The notes: generated from the letters alone by a model not told the origin. Shown: positions 1 to 14,850, counted from the stretch's first letter. The stretch: DNA of 64,000 nt from Octopus sinensis (GCF_006345805.1 NC_043003.1:34968001-35032000); one strand, 5' to 3'. A program made the numbers and translations.

Positions 1-769
1 CATATGCCTTCTATCTCCTCCATTACTTTCTATCGCTACCATTACTTTCAATTTCTCTCGCCTTCTCACTGAAACCTTTCCACTCTAACCTTTCAATATC
101 TCTAATATCAGCCCACCATCTCTACTCTCACTATTGCAATCATCACTCGCAATGTTTTTTTTTTCTTTTTGTTCCTTTTGTTTTTATTTGTTTATTTATT
201 CATTTTCATTTTTCACTTTGGCATTTGCATTCGGTCGTAAATAATTACTGAAACCTGAAATCATTATAACTTTTGCACAGATCTTGCTACATTTATACTC
301 ACTTCATCAAAATATATTTCTCAAATAACTAACCGATATATCCGCATTGCTCATCTATTACACCCATTAAAGCAGAGATTACGCTTACACATTAAATTCT
401 CAGCAGTAATGTTGAATCAGAACCACAACATATGCACGCGCAATGCGACCATCCCATTAACAAAGTAGACACTCTGACATATATCGACGGTCGATGCGTT
501 GGGGCACACGTGCCTACATTTACAGACAGAATCCCATATGTGTGATCAGAATGACACTAAAATCAACACTTCTCTCTCTACGTCCTCTCGACAAGAACCA
601 GAGACGCCGATATAAGAAACCAACAAAAATACATCTTCATTTCTATTATTATTTATTTCTTTTTTCATAACTGACCGCATTGGCTGCTTCAGATATTATT
701 CCTTTTCTCTAGCATACTATCCCATTTTCCTCTCTTTCTCTCACAATTTCATTCTCTGTCTATCTCTCT

Positions 770-771
770 CA

Positions 772-828
<57 letters not shown>
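770..828. repeat. (CT)n microsatellite
   Basis: Uninterrupted CT dinucleotide run; it explains the poly-ER ORF 741..923. Confidence 0.95.
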
Positions 829-830
<2 letters not shown>

Positions 831-1287
831 AACATATCTTTCCATCAACATGTCACGTGATTTGCAGCCGTATTTGGTGACGTCAAATGACCCGGAGCTG
901 TTCCCACGTATTGACACAGGCATATATCATATGGTGAGGTCAGGACTTTAGGTCTACTTCTCGGAATCTTCTCTGGAGATTCTAAGAGAGAAAATGCGGT
1001 GAATATGTTGTCGAGGTGTGAGAGAATATAAATTTATGGCTAGAACTGTCTTAGGACACATGCATCCAGTTCTTTGCCTCCTATATTCTTATCAGTCATT
1101 TAACACTTCAAGACGAAGAAGCCCATTCGAAACAGACGTGAGTTTTCCTAATGGACTGACTAGGAACATAAAAAGTGTAAGATTTCATACAATAGAACAG
1201 TAAACGGGAAAAAATAGAAATTGGAACAGTGCGAGAAAGGAGAACACTGAAGGAAAGCAGGAGGACAGATAGTGAAAGGAGATGAAG

Positions 1288-1289
<2 letters not shown>

Positions 1290-1327
<38 letters not shown>

Positions 1328-1427
1328 TGTGTGTGTGTGTGTGTGCGTGCGTGCAAGTGAATATAGATGTAGACACACATACATATATGTATGTTTGTGT
1401 ATATATACGTATGTTTGTAGGTATGTA

Positions 1428-1505
<78 letters not shown>

Positions 1506-1614
1506 TAAATATATATATATATGTATATACATATATATATATAAATATATATATGTATATATATATATGTATATATGTATATATATATATATGTATGTAT
1601 ATATATATATATAT
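1290..1614. repeat. Compound (GT)n/(TA)n microsatellite
   Basis: A GT run followed by long interrupted TA runs; source of several YI/CV/HT ORFs. Confidence 0.9.
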
Positions 1615-2998
1615 GATGCCTTTATATGCGCTCGTGTCAGTGTTTGTGCATCTGCGTGTGCAGTGCACATGTAAGTATATGGTTGTGTGAAGAAGCTAGA
1701 TATTTATGTGGTAGAAAATGGCAAAAAAAGAAAAAGAAAAATGGACACGAAAAAATAGAAACAAGACGTGGAAGTGGAAATAAAAGAGAAATATAAATGG
1801 AGGGGGGATGACGACAAAATAAGTGTGTAGCGCAATGTAAAATAACTGCAAAACCAAACAAGAATAAAATGACAAGTTAGGTACATAATACTCTGTGAGA
1901 CCGGACCAAAAAAAAAAAAAAAAGATAAAGGAGTGAGAAATGTAGAAAAAAATAGAAGATAACAAGAAGAAAATTATATAAAAAATGACGTAAATAATAT
2001 ATATATGTATGCGTGTGTGTGTGTGTGTGAAGTAGAAGGTAAAGCAAATAAATGAAAGACGACTGAATGAGTACGCGAAGTAAATGAAGAAAGAACTGAT
2101 AAAGATATATCTAGTTCCACGCTTCCTCAGTCTTCTTGCTCGCCGTATGCACCCGAATATGTATACATATATGTGTATGTGGTATGTCCGTCTGTATGTG
2201 AGTTAGTGTGTGCGTGTGTGTGTATGTATATGTATATATATATATAAATATATATATATATGTATATACATATATATATATATAAATATATATGTATATA
2301 TATATATGTAATATGTATATATATATATATGTATGTATATATAATCTATATATGATGCCTTTATATGCGCTCGTGTCAGTGTTTGTGCATCTGCGTGTGC
2401 AGTGCACATGTAAGTATATGGTTGTGTGAAGAAGCTAGATATTTATGTGGTAGAAAATGGCAAAAAAAAGAAAGAAAAATGGACACGAAAAAATAGAAAC
2501 AAGACGTGGAAGTGAAATAAAGAGAAATATAAATGGAGGGGGGATGACGACAAAATAAGTGTGTAGCGCAATGTAAAATAACTGCAAAACCAAACGAGAA
2601 TAAAATGACAAGTTAGGTACATAATACTCTGTGAGACCGGACCAAAAAAAAAAAAAAAAGATAAAGGAGTGAGAAATGTAGAAAAAAAGAAATAACAAGA
2701 AGAAAATTATATAAAAAATGACGTAAATAATATATATATGTATGCGTGTGTGTGTGTGTGTGAAGTAGAAGGTAAAGCAAATAAATGAAAGACGACTGAA
2801 TGAGTACGCGAAGTAAATGAAAGAAAGAACTGATAAAGATATATCTAGTTCCACGCTTCCTCAGTCTTCTTGCTCGCCGTATGCACCCGAATATGTATAC
2901 ATATATGTGTATGTGTATGTCCGTCTGTATGTGAGTTAGTGTGTGCGTGTGTGTGTATGTATATGTATATATATATATAAATATATATATATATGTAT
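1505..2998. repeat. Direct tandem duplication, about 739-bp unit, 2 copies plus a short partial third
   Basis: Unique text GATGCCTTTATATGCGCTCGTGTCAG occurs at 1615 and 2354. The downstream unique sequence repeats in register and differs mainly by 1-2 bp indels. Boundaries lie in (TA)n. Confidence 0.92.
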
Positions 2999-3012
2999 GT
3001 TTGTGTGTATGA

Positions 3013-3054
<42 letters not shown>

Positions 3055-3549
3055 CATGTATGTATGTATGGAACTCGCATAAATATTAGTACATACTCAC
3101 AGAGATAAGGTCACGTATACATGTATTTTCTAGTATGTGTATATGTTTATATGTGTATGTGTGCATGCATGTATATAATCCCAGTTAGACATAGGCAGAT
3201 ATATATATATATATAATATATTTTAACTCTTATAAAAAAAAAATTGGGAGTGACTTGGAAGTTTCTCCTTGCTCAACTTCATGAAGGCGAGTCGACACTT
3301 GATACTCAATGTCAAACCTTTCCGTTCAAAAGTTAATATCAATTATAAAAAATTCTGAGTAACCTTTCAGTTTAAAGTTAATTTTTGGGTTGTTGTTTTT
3401 TGATGTATATAAATAAGTAGGCATAAATGCAAACATTAACATCTGTGTTTGCGCTTGAGTGTATGTTTGTGTTATGATATAAACATATAGTCTCTAAGAG
3501 GAGCACATTTATATATATATATACCATATATATGTATATAATATATATA

Positions 3550-3633
<84 letters not shown>

Positions 3634-3685
3634 GTGTGGTGTGTATACATATATATATATATATATGAAAGATATACATATATAT

Positions 3686-3900
3686 ATATGCATATTTATT
3701 TATCCGCCATGATTGACCGCTAGCCGCTTAGTCTTTTATTTTATTTTCTCTCTGTTTGTTTTCTCGTATTCCTTTCTGTTGAAGAGCGTAGGCTCGAAAC
3801 ATAAAATACTTTCTCACCTTCCAGAGCGTTAAACTAATACACATGTTTGTTGTTTATGCACCTGTCTTCGATTTTTGTTTATTTGTAAATTCCAACTATA
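3686..3900 (+). mobile_element. Short (TA)n-embedded repeat, probably a Penelope-like element terminal repeat or non-autonomous derivative (family A)
   Basis: Clearly homologous to 19390-19580 (shared GCGTAGGC.CGAAAC and CACCTGTCTTCG..TTTTGTTT). Flanked by TA runs and contains a hammerhead-like motif. Confidence 0.65.
3772..3807 (+). ncRNA. Degenerate minimal type I hammerhead ribozyme motif
   Basis: cttt-CTGTTGA-A-GAGC(GTAG)GCTC-GAAAC-AT-A-aaat. Helix II is perfect and the GAAAC box is intact; the core has A6>U; helix III ACGT has become ACAT. Confidence 0.55.
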
Positions 3901-4656
3901 TATATATGGGGGTATATATATATATATATATATATATGCATGTATGTATGTGTTTATATATTCTGTTATATACAGTTGTTAAAATATGGGTATGTGCAGT
4001 AAGAGACCAAGAAAGACGGTGAGATGGATAGGTAGATAGATAAGGATGTGGAAAGAGAGTAAGATGTCACGTGCATGTGCGTGCGTCTACTTATAATGTA
4101 TATAACACAAGAGCTCTGGCTAGTTCAATATCTTTTACATATATAGAGAATGTAGTTTTCTAACTGTTTTTGTGTTCATATTCCATAAGTTTAGAACCGT
4201 AGAACATATTTAGAAAAAAAGCTAAATAAGGAAAAATATAAAAACTGGGAAGAAAAGTATAAAGTTGATGTAAATAAGTACATAAAAATACATACTTATT
4301 TATACGTAGATATATATGTGTGAGTGCATGTTTGTGTATTCAGACAAGAAACAGGATAATACAGTAGAGTACAGTAAAATAGGAAGAGTGTATGAATGTA
4401 TTCCATTTCGCCGTGGAAACATTAAGGCGTATGATTGTAGAGTTAGTTTTTGGTATTAAAGAATAGAGATGGTCATATATACATTCATCGAATGTGAAGG
4501 GAAATATTAAATATTTTTACTTTTTGTCCTTTATATATATACTTTTTTTTTAGAATTCTCCCGTTGGTTATGAATAACGTGAAACAGATAAAAAGGGTAA
4601 GACATAAATATAGAGTTTCATAGATATAATTGTGTACTTGAGTGTACATATATATA

Positions 4657-4706
<50 letters not shown>

Positions 4707-5937
4707 TGTGTGTGTGTATGAATGTATAGGTTAGAGGAAGTGACAATGAATGAAATACACACACACACGCATATATATATATGATACAGTGAAGAATTAA
4801 TTATATCTTAGTCTGCCTATGTCCAAGTCTAGCTTTCTCCCCCTCTTTTCCTCTGTCTTTCTTTATATGCATATATCTGTCTATCTCTCTCTCTCTATAT
4901 TATATATGTATTATATATATATATATATTATATATAATAATATATATATATATATATATTTAGAAAAACTGTCTGAAAACAACGTATATATATATATATA
5001 TACACACAAACACTCATACATACACACACATGTATGCATATGTACTTATAATTATAAATGCAAGTATATAAGTGCGCGTATGTAGACATGGACATGAAGA
5101 AGAGTACATGTGTGTGGACTAGAATTGGAACTACCCATTATTGGTTGGTATGTTGGCATATTTCGTTGGAATTTCGTTACAATTCTGGACCACTCTGTAT
5201 TTTTTATTGCCACATTTCGCTAGTTGTTACGGCCGCAGTCAAATTACTGAAACAAGTAAAAGATTAAAAGAATTATAGAATAAAAATCGACAAAAGGAAC
5301 CATGATCGTCCCATATTGTCTTATGCTATTACATAGTCACGAGCAAACATTGACTCGATCTCCGATTTTCCACTCGACCAATTTGTACACCGTTGATGTG
5401 ATAAATGGGAGAGCGAGTGAGAGATGAACAAGCTTTTGGTGAAGGACAAAATGCACCACTCGACCTAGCAATCGATCCACGAACTTTTCATTGTGAATCT
5501 AACACCCCTGCCTAGTGTTTAGCGTTTGGGGCTTGCAAAGATGTGAATCAGAAAAATGAATAATGCAAACATACTGATTTTATGCTTGTTTTTGCAAGGT
5601 TATGTGACATGTATTACTAACGCAGTGAAACAGTGGCTGATTCTCAGAAAGAAGAGCAATGTTCAGCAAATGTGTAACGTTAATATACTATTAGTAAAAA
5701 TACTTCAAACTCCAGTCAGGAATTTGCTGCAACTTCATCGTTTATAAGAATGTTTTTGACTGTGTGTGGTAAGGGGCAAAATGTTTTATTATGAGACAGA
5801 ATAACATCAGCCTGCTAATAGCAATTCTTACAGACTTATGAGGACATGCAAGCACACTGCATTGGAAATTCACCAAGTTTTAAGTTTAAACAGATGAAAT
5901 ATGTTCTTTCACCATGAGTTTTCCTTTTTATTTCTAG

Positions 5938-6065
5938 ATATCAATGACGAAATATTTGTGCCTATCAATGAAAATGTCAAAGTAGAAAACAAAGAAGACT
6001 ATAAGCTCTCTTATGCGGAAGATTATTGTCTTAACAACACTAAAAAAAGAACATTGTTTATATGA
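5938..6065 (+). CDS. Candidate coding exon (unassigned): (D)INDEIFVPINENVKVENKEDYKLSYAEDYCLNNTKKRTLFI*
   Basis: Good acceptor (TTCCTTTTTATTTCTAG|AT) and an open frame of 41 codons to a stop. Phase-1 donors lie upstream at 5599 and 5769. No homology recognised. Confidence 0.2.
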
Positions 6066-7776
6066 CAATGTTTATAAGAAAAGGGAGAATGTTTAAAATG
6101 CTGAAAACTGAAACTAAATCAAAATATATAATTGAAAACAAAAGGAAAATACTCACACTTAATTGAAACAGATGGGAAGACGCTTAGATACAATAATGAC
6201 TTGAAATATCACAAGTGAATACAGATCTAATTTTGAGGTCATGGAAAGAAAAAAATCCATCTTTCAGTAGTACAGCATATTTAGCAAAATTACTGTTTTG
6301 AAAAATAAAACATTTACAATGACAATAAATAATTCGTTTATTCAAGTGCAATGATAATTTCTATCGCTTTTTATGGTACGAATCATCGAGGTGAAGTGTT
6401 GAAAATGAGAAAAATTATGGTATTTGAAAAGAAATGTTGCATTCAATATACAGAAAATCAAACTGGAATCATGAAACCGTAGTCTCAATTATAAAATAGC
6501 CTAGTCTATTGAAGTTGTAAATGGGATTTTAAAAAATACCACTGGTTTGGTATTTTACAACATTGAAAAAATTAGGAGAAAGGTGGAGGAATATGAAAGG
6601 ATGATGAAGTGGATACATGGTTGGAGAAGGTGGCGTCTCATGCTGGAAACCTCCCCCCCTTTCAAAGCGAGTTTTGTGAGCAGATTTTCCGATGGCTATC
6701 ACTATATGATGCCTTGTGGAGAAAGTTGTTATCAACTAACCAATGTGTTCTTAGCAAGTAATTAGGAATATGTGGATTTGTTTCGGAAACAAATACACGA
6801 TCTCTTAGTTAGATGCAGATATCTAACACCGAATAACCGACGATTTGAAAGTTTTATATTTCAATTTCTTTGAATCAAACAAAGAAACGAATATTGTGGA
6901 ATTTTATTTCATATAAGAAAGCCTTTATCAGCTTGCAAAATACAGAGCAACATGTAGCTTTGGAAAACAAATCATACGTGGCATATATGGCATATTTTGC
7001 CGGCGCGTAAAATAATTTAATAATTCTAAAAATGCACTGCTAGAACGAATATTTAGAGAGGTCCCTGTTAGAGGTCACTGTTAAGTGTCACTATAACATT
7101 ACGATTTGAAAGAAAATTAGGGCCCAATAGTCTAACCTTCCTGTTTTCCTGATTATATTCAGCTTACGACAAAGGTTAATCAAGCCTTCATTAAAATCTG
7201 TGGCTAAATCAAAGAATAAACAGCCAACTCTGGATCTTGAGAATATAGTACTCTTGGCTTGTTAATATTATTCACGAAGTGTCAAGTAGATTTTTGCCAG
7301 GGAAGTACACTGAAAGCTACTGTGGAAAATGGTTCTGCATTTCTAAATAGTTTATTGTGCTTCTGCGTATAATTTCGTCAAAGATTTGATGTAAGAGATA
7401 TGGGCTTCTAGTTGCTTACTTTTCATCTAAGGACAACGTTATGAATCAGTATAATATAATCAATTCTTTCAGATTTATCAGGACTTTTTTAAATAATTTC
7501 TTTCAGTGGAATGATTTCTGATTTCGCCTGAAAGTCACACGTTTCGTAGGAATGATACTTATATGGTGCTTGTAAATGCTCACTATGCAAAAATTTACAC
7601 AATGCGCGTAAACCTCTGTATACACATGCAGATATATACAAACAGGTACCAAGACAACTACACACACAAGCGAACATAAATGATATATATATATACATGC
7701 ATATATATAAAAATATACATATATATATATATACCTATGTATGCATGTATATATATATATACACACACATATATAC

Positions 7777-7809
<33 letters not shown>

Positions 7810-7829
7810 AACATATATATAATATATAT

Positions 7830-7864
<35 letters not shown>

Positions 7865-8127
7865 TTATATACTTAATTATATATGTGTGTATTGATATAT
7901 ATGTGTGTATTGATATATATGTGGTATGCGTCTCTTAGAAATAATTTACTCAGGGAGATATTTCTGTGTGAAGAAAGTTATCCAACTCCAACTATGTTCT
8001 TGTATCTTCAAAAGCAAGTATTCATTTAAATGCAGCCAGACGCCCACCACACTGCCAGTTACTCGAACGTACAGACAATGCTTCAGATATTCCCAGAAAC
8101 TTATTATCCAGACTTATTTCTCCACTT

Positions 8128-8250
<123 letters not shown>

Positions 8251-8367
8251 GTTTGTCTGTCTGTCTGTTTGTTTCTTTCTCATTTTACACACACATGCAT
8301 ATATGGATATATGTGTATATATGTGTTTGTGTATATAAATGGCTGTGTATGTATGTATGCAAGCTTG

Positions 8368-8398
<31 letters not shown>

Positions 8399-9127
8399 AA
8401 ATCCTGTTACTCATAATTTTTATTTGTATTTAGAAATCAATATATTTCCTCTGGCAAATGCTGATTGGAATTCTCGCCAACGTCAACTCCTATCATTTTC
8501 AGTCACTGTTACTCTTTTTTTTTCCCAATCTTGTGCACAGAGACATACATACATACATACTTAAATACATACATACATACATACATACACAAACACGCAC
8601 AAAAGTCTATAAGCACCCACACACTCTCATACTCATATGCTCACATAACTCACAAACGCAGACATATATATGCATGTATGTACTGTATACGTCAATAATA
8701 GATATGAATACGGGAATGAAAGTACATGTTTATTGAATAAGTTCTTTAGACCAATAAATGGCAGCTTTCTATCAGAATATATCAGTTATACAGCCATATA
8801 CATACACATACTAACTCGCTGTTTATATTCGTTTAAAATTTAGGCATATATACGTACTTACTCAAAATCATACGCCGATTCAAATGCACGTATCACAATC
8901 AGAATATGCATATACTTCACAATATGCATATCTGAGAGTGTTTGTGTATGTATGTATGTATGCATGCATGTATGTATGTGCGTGTGTGTGTGTGCGTATG
9001 TGTGCGTGTATGTGTGTCTACGTGCGTGCCTGTGTGTGTCCCCAAAATTCTTCGAATGGAAAGATAAATTAGTTCGCGCAAAATATATTTTGAAGTTTCC
9101 ACTGATTTCATTTGAATTTTATGTTAG

Positions 9128-9279
9128 ATAATAGATGTATACATCTAGCTGTATACAATGGATTATTTTCTTGGGATACGTTATTAAATACTAAAAAGTC
9201 TTTCCGAGCAATGCTCATTGTTACACGAAATGACAATATGGAAAATTCCACCATTACTAAATGTAATGACATTCCTCAG
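9128..9279 (+). CDS. Candidate internal exon (unassigned): (D)NRCIHLAVYNGLFSWDTLLNTKKSFRAMLIVTRNDNMENSTITKCNDIPQ
   Basis: Acceptor TTTTATGTTAG|AT, 50 open codons of non-repetitive sequence, and a weak donor CAG|GTTTCA. Confidence 0.2.
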
Positions 9280-10590
9280 GTTTCAACAATTTTAACAAAT
9301 GTAAAAATCTTGATATGATCTTATACAAACTGATGAATCTAAACATGAACTATTACAACGTGGTAGACATATTACTGACATAAAAATACTATACAGCTAT
9401 ATTCTACTACTATACTACTATATTCATTCTTTAGATTATCCTAATATACTATTAGTATACTTAGTACACTAACATCACTATTAACTATAGATTAAATATT
9501 GATGTTTTACGATCGTTCATTAAAATACAAGACATAATAATTCATTATTTCATATAACACGCAGTGTTAATTTGTTTTAGTGATGACAGAATTCTTTACA
9601 TATTCTTAAATATACAAGCTAAAAACTGCGAAGCATTTCAGTTAAGTAAAATACAAACTATATTAAGTTTGCTGCATTTTATTATGCTTAACTAGCGCCG
9701 GTATTCCCTAATGGGATAGGCGCAACATGAAAATCATATTAATAACCACAATGCATGTATTTCCATGGAGAAGAACCCTGGAACTATATTAATGAAGGCC
9801 GTTAATTTTTCTGTCTAGAATATCACCTGCTTGATTCTAGGTTGAACTGCTTTAACTTCAGTCTAATTTTGAAAAACATATTTGTATATTTCTGCAACGT
9901 TGTGCGTTCAGACATATAGCCCTTTTATGAAGGTGGAATACTAGACTATGTCCATCACTGTCTGTGATGCAATTTTACATGCAAACTAAATAGTATCATC
10001 TAAAACCGGAATATCCAGCCATTAAGACACACACATACACACACATATGAATAGATGGATAGATAGATACATACATAGATATATAAATACATAAATTTTT
10101 GTTATTAACATCTAAACCACTATTAGTTCAAAATAGCAATATGTGCATCATCCATATAGCAGAACCATCATTGAAATCTTTATAAACTGCTTTGATGCCT
10201 TGAGAAACACACATATATAAAAATCACACATATGTATCACTGACAAGCTAAAATAGTTCAGCAACTGATATGTTCTTTTGCTTTTTTAACACTGGACGTC
10301 TACGCAAGATAGCTTCTGGAGACGGTTACAGCAATTTCTAAGAGTTTAGCAAAGGTTCTGCTTTAAGTATGATACATAGATTTCTTTCTCTCTTTCTTCT
10401 TCCCTCTCTCTCTCTCCCTTTTTTCTTTCTCCCGATATATGTGTGTGTGAACGTGTGTCTGTGAAAGTATGTATGTGAATGTAAGTAATGTTGCGCGTCC
10501 GTTGATTCATAGTACAGGTGACCCAGATTCCATGACGTATAAGTGACCGAGGTCAGAAGTGAGTCCCTAAATTGGACGCCAGTGCTTCTG

Positions 10591-10716
10591 GAGCGTAACT
10601 CAAAACTGAGAGAACAGTAGCAGTGTGAAATAAAGAGTTTTGATCAAGAACACGACGTACCAGCCGCTCCCTAAATCGAAACCACGATCTTACATCCTAA
10701 CCACCAGAACACGCTC
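10591..10716 (-). mobile_element. Degenerate tRNA-derived CORE-like SINE, 5' part
   Basis: The reverse complement aligns by eye with the head and core of the SINE at 17988-18313. Confidence 0.7.
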
Positions 10717-10718
10717 AT

Positions 10719-10720
<2 letters not shown>

Positions 10721-10778
<58 letters not shown>
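10721..10778. repeat. (CA)n microsatellite
   Basis: Pure CA run. Confidence 0.95.
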
Positions 10779-10927
10779 ATACAAACAAACAAACAGACAC
10801 GCAGTGAAACATTCAGATTTTTACACTGACCACTGCTACAATGTATTCAACAGACGTACTGAAATAAGTACAATAAACAGAATACAGGTAAGCAGAGGTG
10901 TACTCATTTCAAATGGTATATATATAT

Positions 10928-10971
<44 letters not shown>

Positions 10972-11619
10972 CAACATATATATACATACAATATGTATAC
11001 GTACATATATGTATACATGTATACGTACATATATGTATACGTACATTCGGGTTGGTGTTATTGTTACTAAAATTAGAATGAATACGAAGACGTAAATGCT
11101 GGTACTAGTGATGATAAAAGTTAGTGGTAATAATGGAGGTGGTTGAAAGGGTGGCAGTGATAGTGGTTGAACAATATGTCTTTCCATAATATTAGCTAAA
11201 AATGCTCCCAGGGTCGTAATTTCAATAGCGTAGCAATCACGAGTTTCTTTAAGATTACATTAGACTTTATGAAGTCTGATATGTTTGTTATTTTTCGCTG
11301 TTCATTGCATCTGCAATTACCGTTTCCTTAAGAATTATCTTATATTCATGAACTACAGTATATTATTGTACACATGGGAGAACGATGGAAAGAGAAAGTG
11401 TAACAAAACAGGGGGGGTTGTTGAAGAGCGCGATATATAGGAATAGAGAATAGGAATAAGAAACGGAGTGGGGTTGGGGTAATGGGAACGAGAGAGAAAT
11501 ATATGTACAGGTAAATAGGGTTATGTGTAGACATAGTAGAATTATGTACACAGCATCCACCCACATATACAATATATATACACACATACACACAGAAACA
11601 TATATGCATATATTATATA

Positions 11620-11660
<41 letters not shown>

Positions 11661-11741
11661 CACACACATATATATGTATATGTACATATTTATGCTTGTA
11701 TAAATGTGGATCTACATAGAAGTGTATGCATATATATATAG

Positions 11742-11781
<40 letters not shown>

Positions 11782-12044
11782 GTATGTGTGTGTATTAGTG
11801 TGTGTATGTGTGTGTACGGGTGTATGTGCTTGTGTAGTCTTTACATAGTACTTTGAACTCGTCTAGAGAAAAATAGATATGATATACACATTGCAACAGA
11901 CATGGAAAAGCTCTGCTAATTTAAGTAAGAACTGAGAAAACACAAAATTTGGTTCTCTCTCTCACACACACACACGCACACCTATATACATAGATATATA
12001 TACGTGTATGTGTGTGTAAGCACAAGCATAGATACATACATACA

Positions 12045-12090
<46 letters not shown>

Positions 12091-12322
12091 ATATATTATA
12101 TATATATATATATATATATGTATCAATAATGATGCATATCTGAAAATGATTTGGATGCAGCGAACATATAATTAGGAACAAGATATCAGTATTTTCATAC
12201 ATAAATACAAACATAGCTTTGCATCCGCGTGGAGCATTTATACACTGATAAGTATTTATAAATTTTGGAAAACCATATGTGTATATTTATTTATGAAAGC
12301 ATATATGTATGTATGTATGTAT

Positions 12323-12372
<50 letters not shown>

Positions 12373-13458
12373 ATATATATATATCTGTCTATATATCAAT
12401 ATATATATGTCTATATATATATATATATATATATATCCACTCACAAACATATGCAAACACAGAATCTGAAAGGTAAAAGATATGTAAAAGCCTTAACAAG
12501 GCAAAAGAAATAAATGTATATTTATGTTTTTAAATTTTCGATTTAAAGAATTGAATTTCAAAAGAGTATTATTTTAAATAACTGCCTGTATTTAACTCGA
12601 AAGTGCAAATGATATTCTGTTTTGCTGTAAAAACAACGAAGAAAGTAATAGTCTACGGCATCGCTGTATCAGCCCATCGGTTGACCAAATGTTCAAAAGT
12701 GATAAAATACAATTCATACAACTTATATAATATAACGATATATAATATATAGACATGTATACATACAAGCACCTACGCACTCTCACATGCACGCACGCAT
12801 ACACACATCTATAAATGCACACAAATATACGTATTTATTTACTATCACATTGATGTATATGACGTTGGGAAACTTCATGTTCGGCAGTTGAGTGGTATTA
12901 CTATTTTTGAATAGGTGTAAACACTTCAAATGTAGAAAAAATTTTTTGCTTGCAATTTATTGGATCTAAGAATACAATGTTTAATTCTGTTTAGTATTTT
13001 CATAATATTTCCTTTTTTCTTTCTTTCTTTATTTATTGTTAAATAGACTAAACTCATAAACGTGGCGCTCTAAAACAAGGTATCTGACGATTGCTCGAAA
13101 TTCAGATACTTTCAACCGACCTAACGAAAAATACAGGTAAGATCCGAAATGCATGAAACTGCTTGTGAAATTAAGTAAACAATACAGTCACTGCTGCTAT
13201 TGCCAACAGCACATACAAAAGAAACAATTCCAGTACATAACACAAGATCTATCGTGAAAACGCACCCTGTAATCAATATTATCTGATGCTGTGACAAATA
13301 TTTCATTGTTGAACTGCCATCGAATTGGTCTTAATATTCTTACTTGTGTTACTTCGGACACTTTGTTATTGCTACAGCTTCCTATATTATACCTGCTATA
13401 TCATTGGGAGAGCCTTTTTGTTCGTCAAGTTATATTCAGTATAACTCTCTCTCTCTAT

Positions 13459-13492
<34 letters not shown>

Positions 13493-14360
13493 CTATCTAT
13501 ATATTTGTCTGTCTGTCTGCGTATCTATATGTTATCGATTTATCTATCTATTTTCTATCTGTCTATCTGTCTTTCTGTGTGTGTGTGTATCTATCTAACT
13601 ATCTATCCATTCTTATCCACCTATCATTTTGCTAGCTACCTCTCCGTCTGTTTCTCTCTGTCTCTCTCTTACTCACTCACTCACTCAATACTCTCCACAC
13701 TTATATATTGCTGTATATGCTTATGCATGTGGATGGATTAAAATAACCTTACGAAACCGAGTGGACCAACTCAACTCTGTTGTAGATTAAAGTAGTAAAT
13801 TCTTTATTGCTACCTTTTAACAATTGTTTCTGCTTTTACGTTTCGCGATCCAAATGCACAACTCGAAAACCCTTACATCCGTAGTATATACATGAAAAAC
13901 ATATACGTGGTGCTGATTATTTAGAATAATATAGCCTACATTAAACACCTTGATTGGAGTAAGGAAAGGGTTTGACCTCACCAACATACAGTTCCCATAC
14001 ATTAACCACATAGTGACTCCCAGGCACACATAAATGCACTCAAGCACTGACACGAGCATATGTATGCACTTTTCAAAGAAAGCACCTATCACTCTTTCGT
14101 TCTCAAACATTGTTCCCCCTATAAAGTTCGCTTTACGCAACTTACCTCGTCGTTCACTCGTCTCTCCTGCACTTTGGTTTTCTGTCTATCAATACATCAA
14201 CATAGTATTTAAATATTTATTTATTGTTTATTTATATATTCATTCAATTTGGTTTTCTCAATATGTGCTTATATTACGCCATTTTTATTTTCGTGCATCT
14301 TCCTCACTTCCCCAGGCTGCTTTCATTTATTCCCAGCCTATCTATCTACCTACCTATCTT

Positions 14361-14420
<60 letters not shown>

Positions 14421-14424
14421 CTAT

Positions 14425-14498
<74 letters not shown>

Positions 14499-14759
14499 GT
14501 GTATATGTATGTGTATGTATATATATATATATATTATATATATATATATATATATATCGGTGTGTGTATATGTATATATGTATGTATATATATATCTATA
14601 TACATATACGTGCATATATATGTATATTAATAATTATATACATATACGTATGTATATATATACATATATATATATATATTATATATATATATATATTATA
14701 TATATATATATACATATATTTATACTCGTACACGCATATACATGTGTATATGTGTATGG

Positions 14760-14832
<73 letters not shown>

Positions 14833-14850
14833 GTATGTGTATGTATGCAG

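Noticed and set aside
13047-13136. Acceptor and donor pair (AAATAG|ACT ... TACAG|GTAAGA)
   Set aside because: All three frames hit stops shortly after the acceptor; at most a non-coding exon, and there is no evidence for that.
14146-14185. Strong minus-strand donor GAG|GTAAGT with a 40-nt upstream segment
   Set aside because: The upstream acceptor has no polypyrimidine tract, so an exon cannot be supported.
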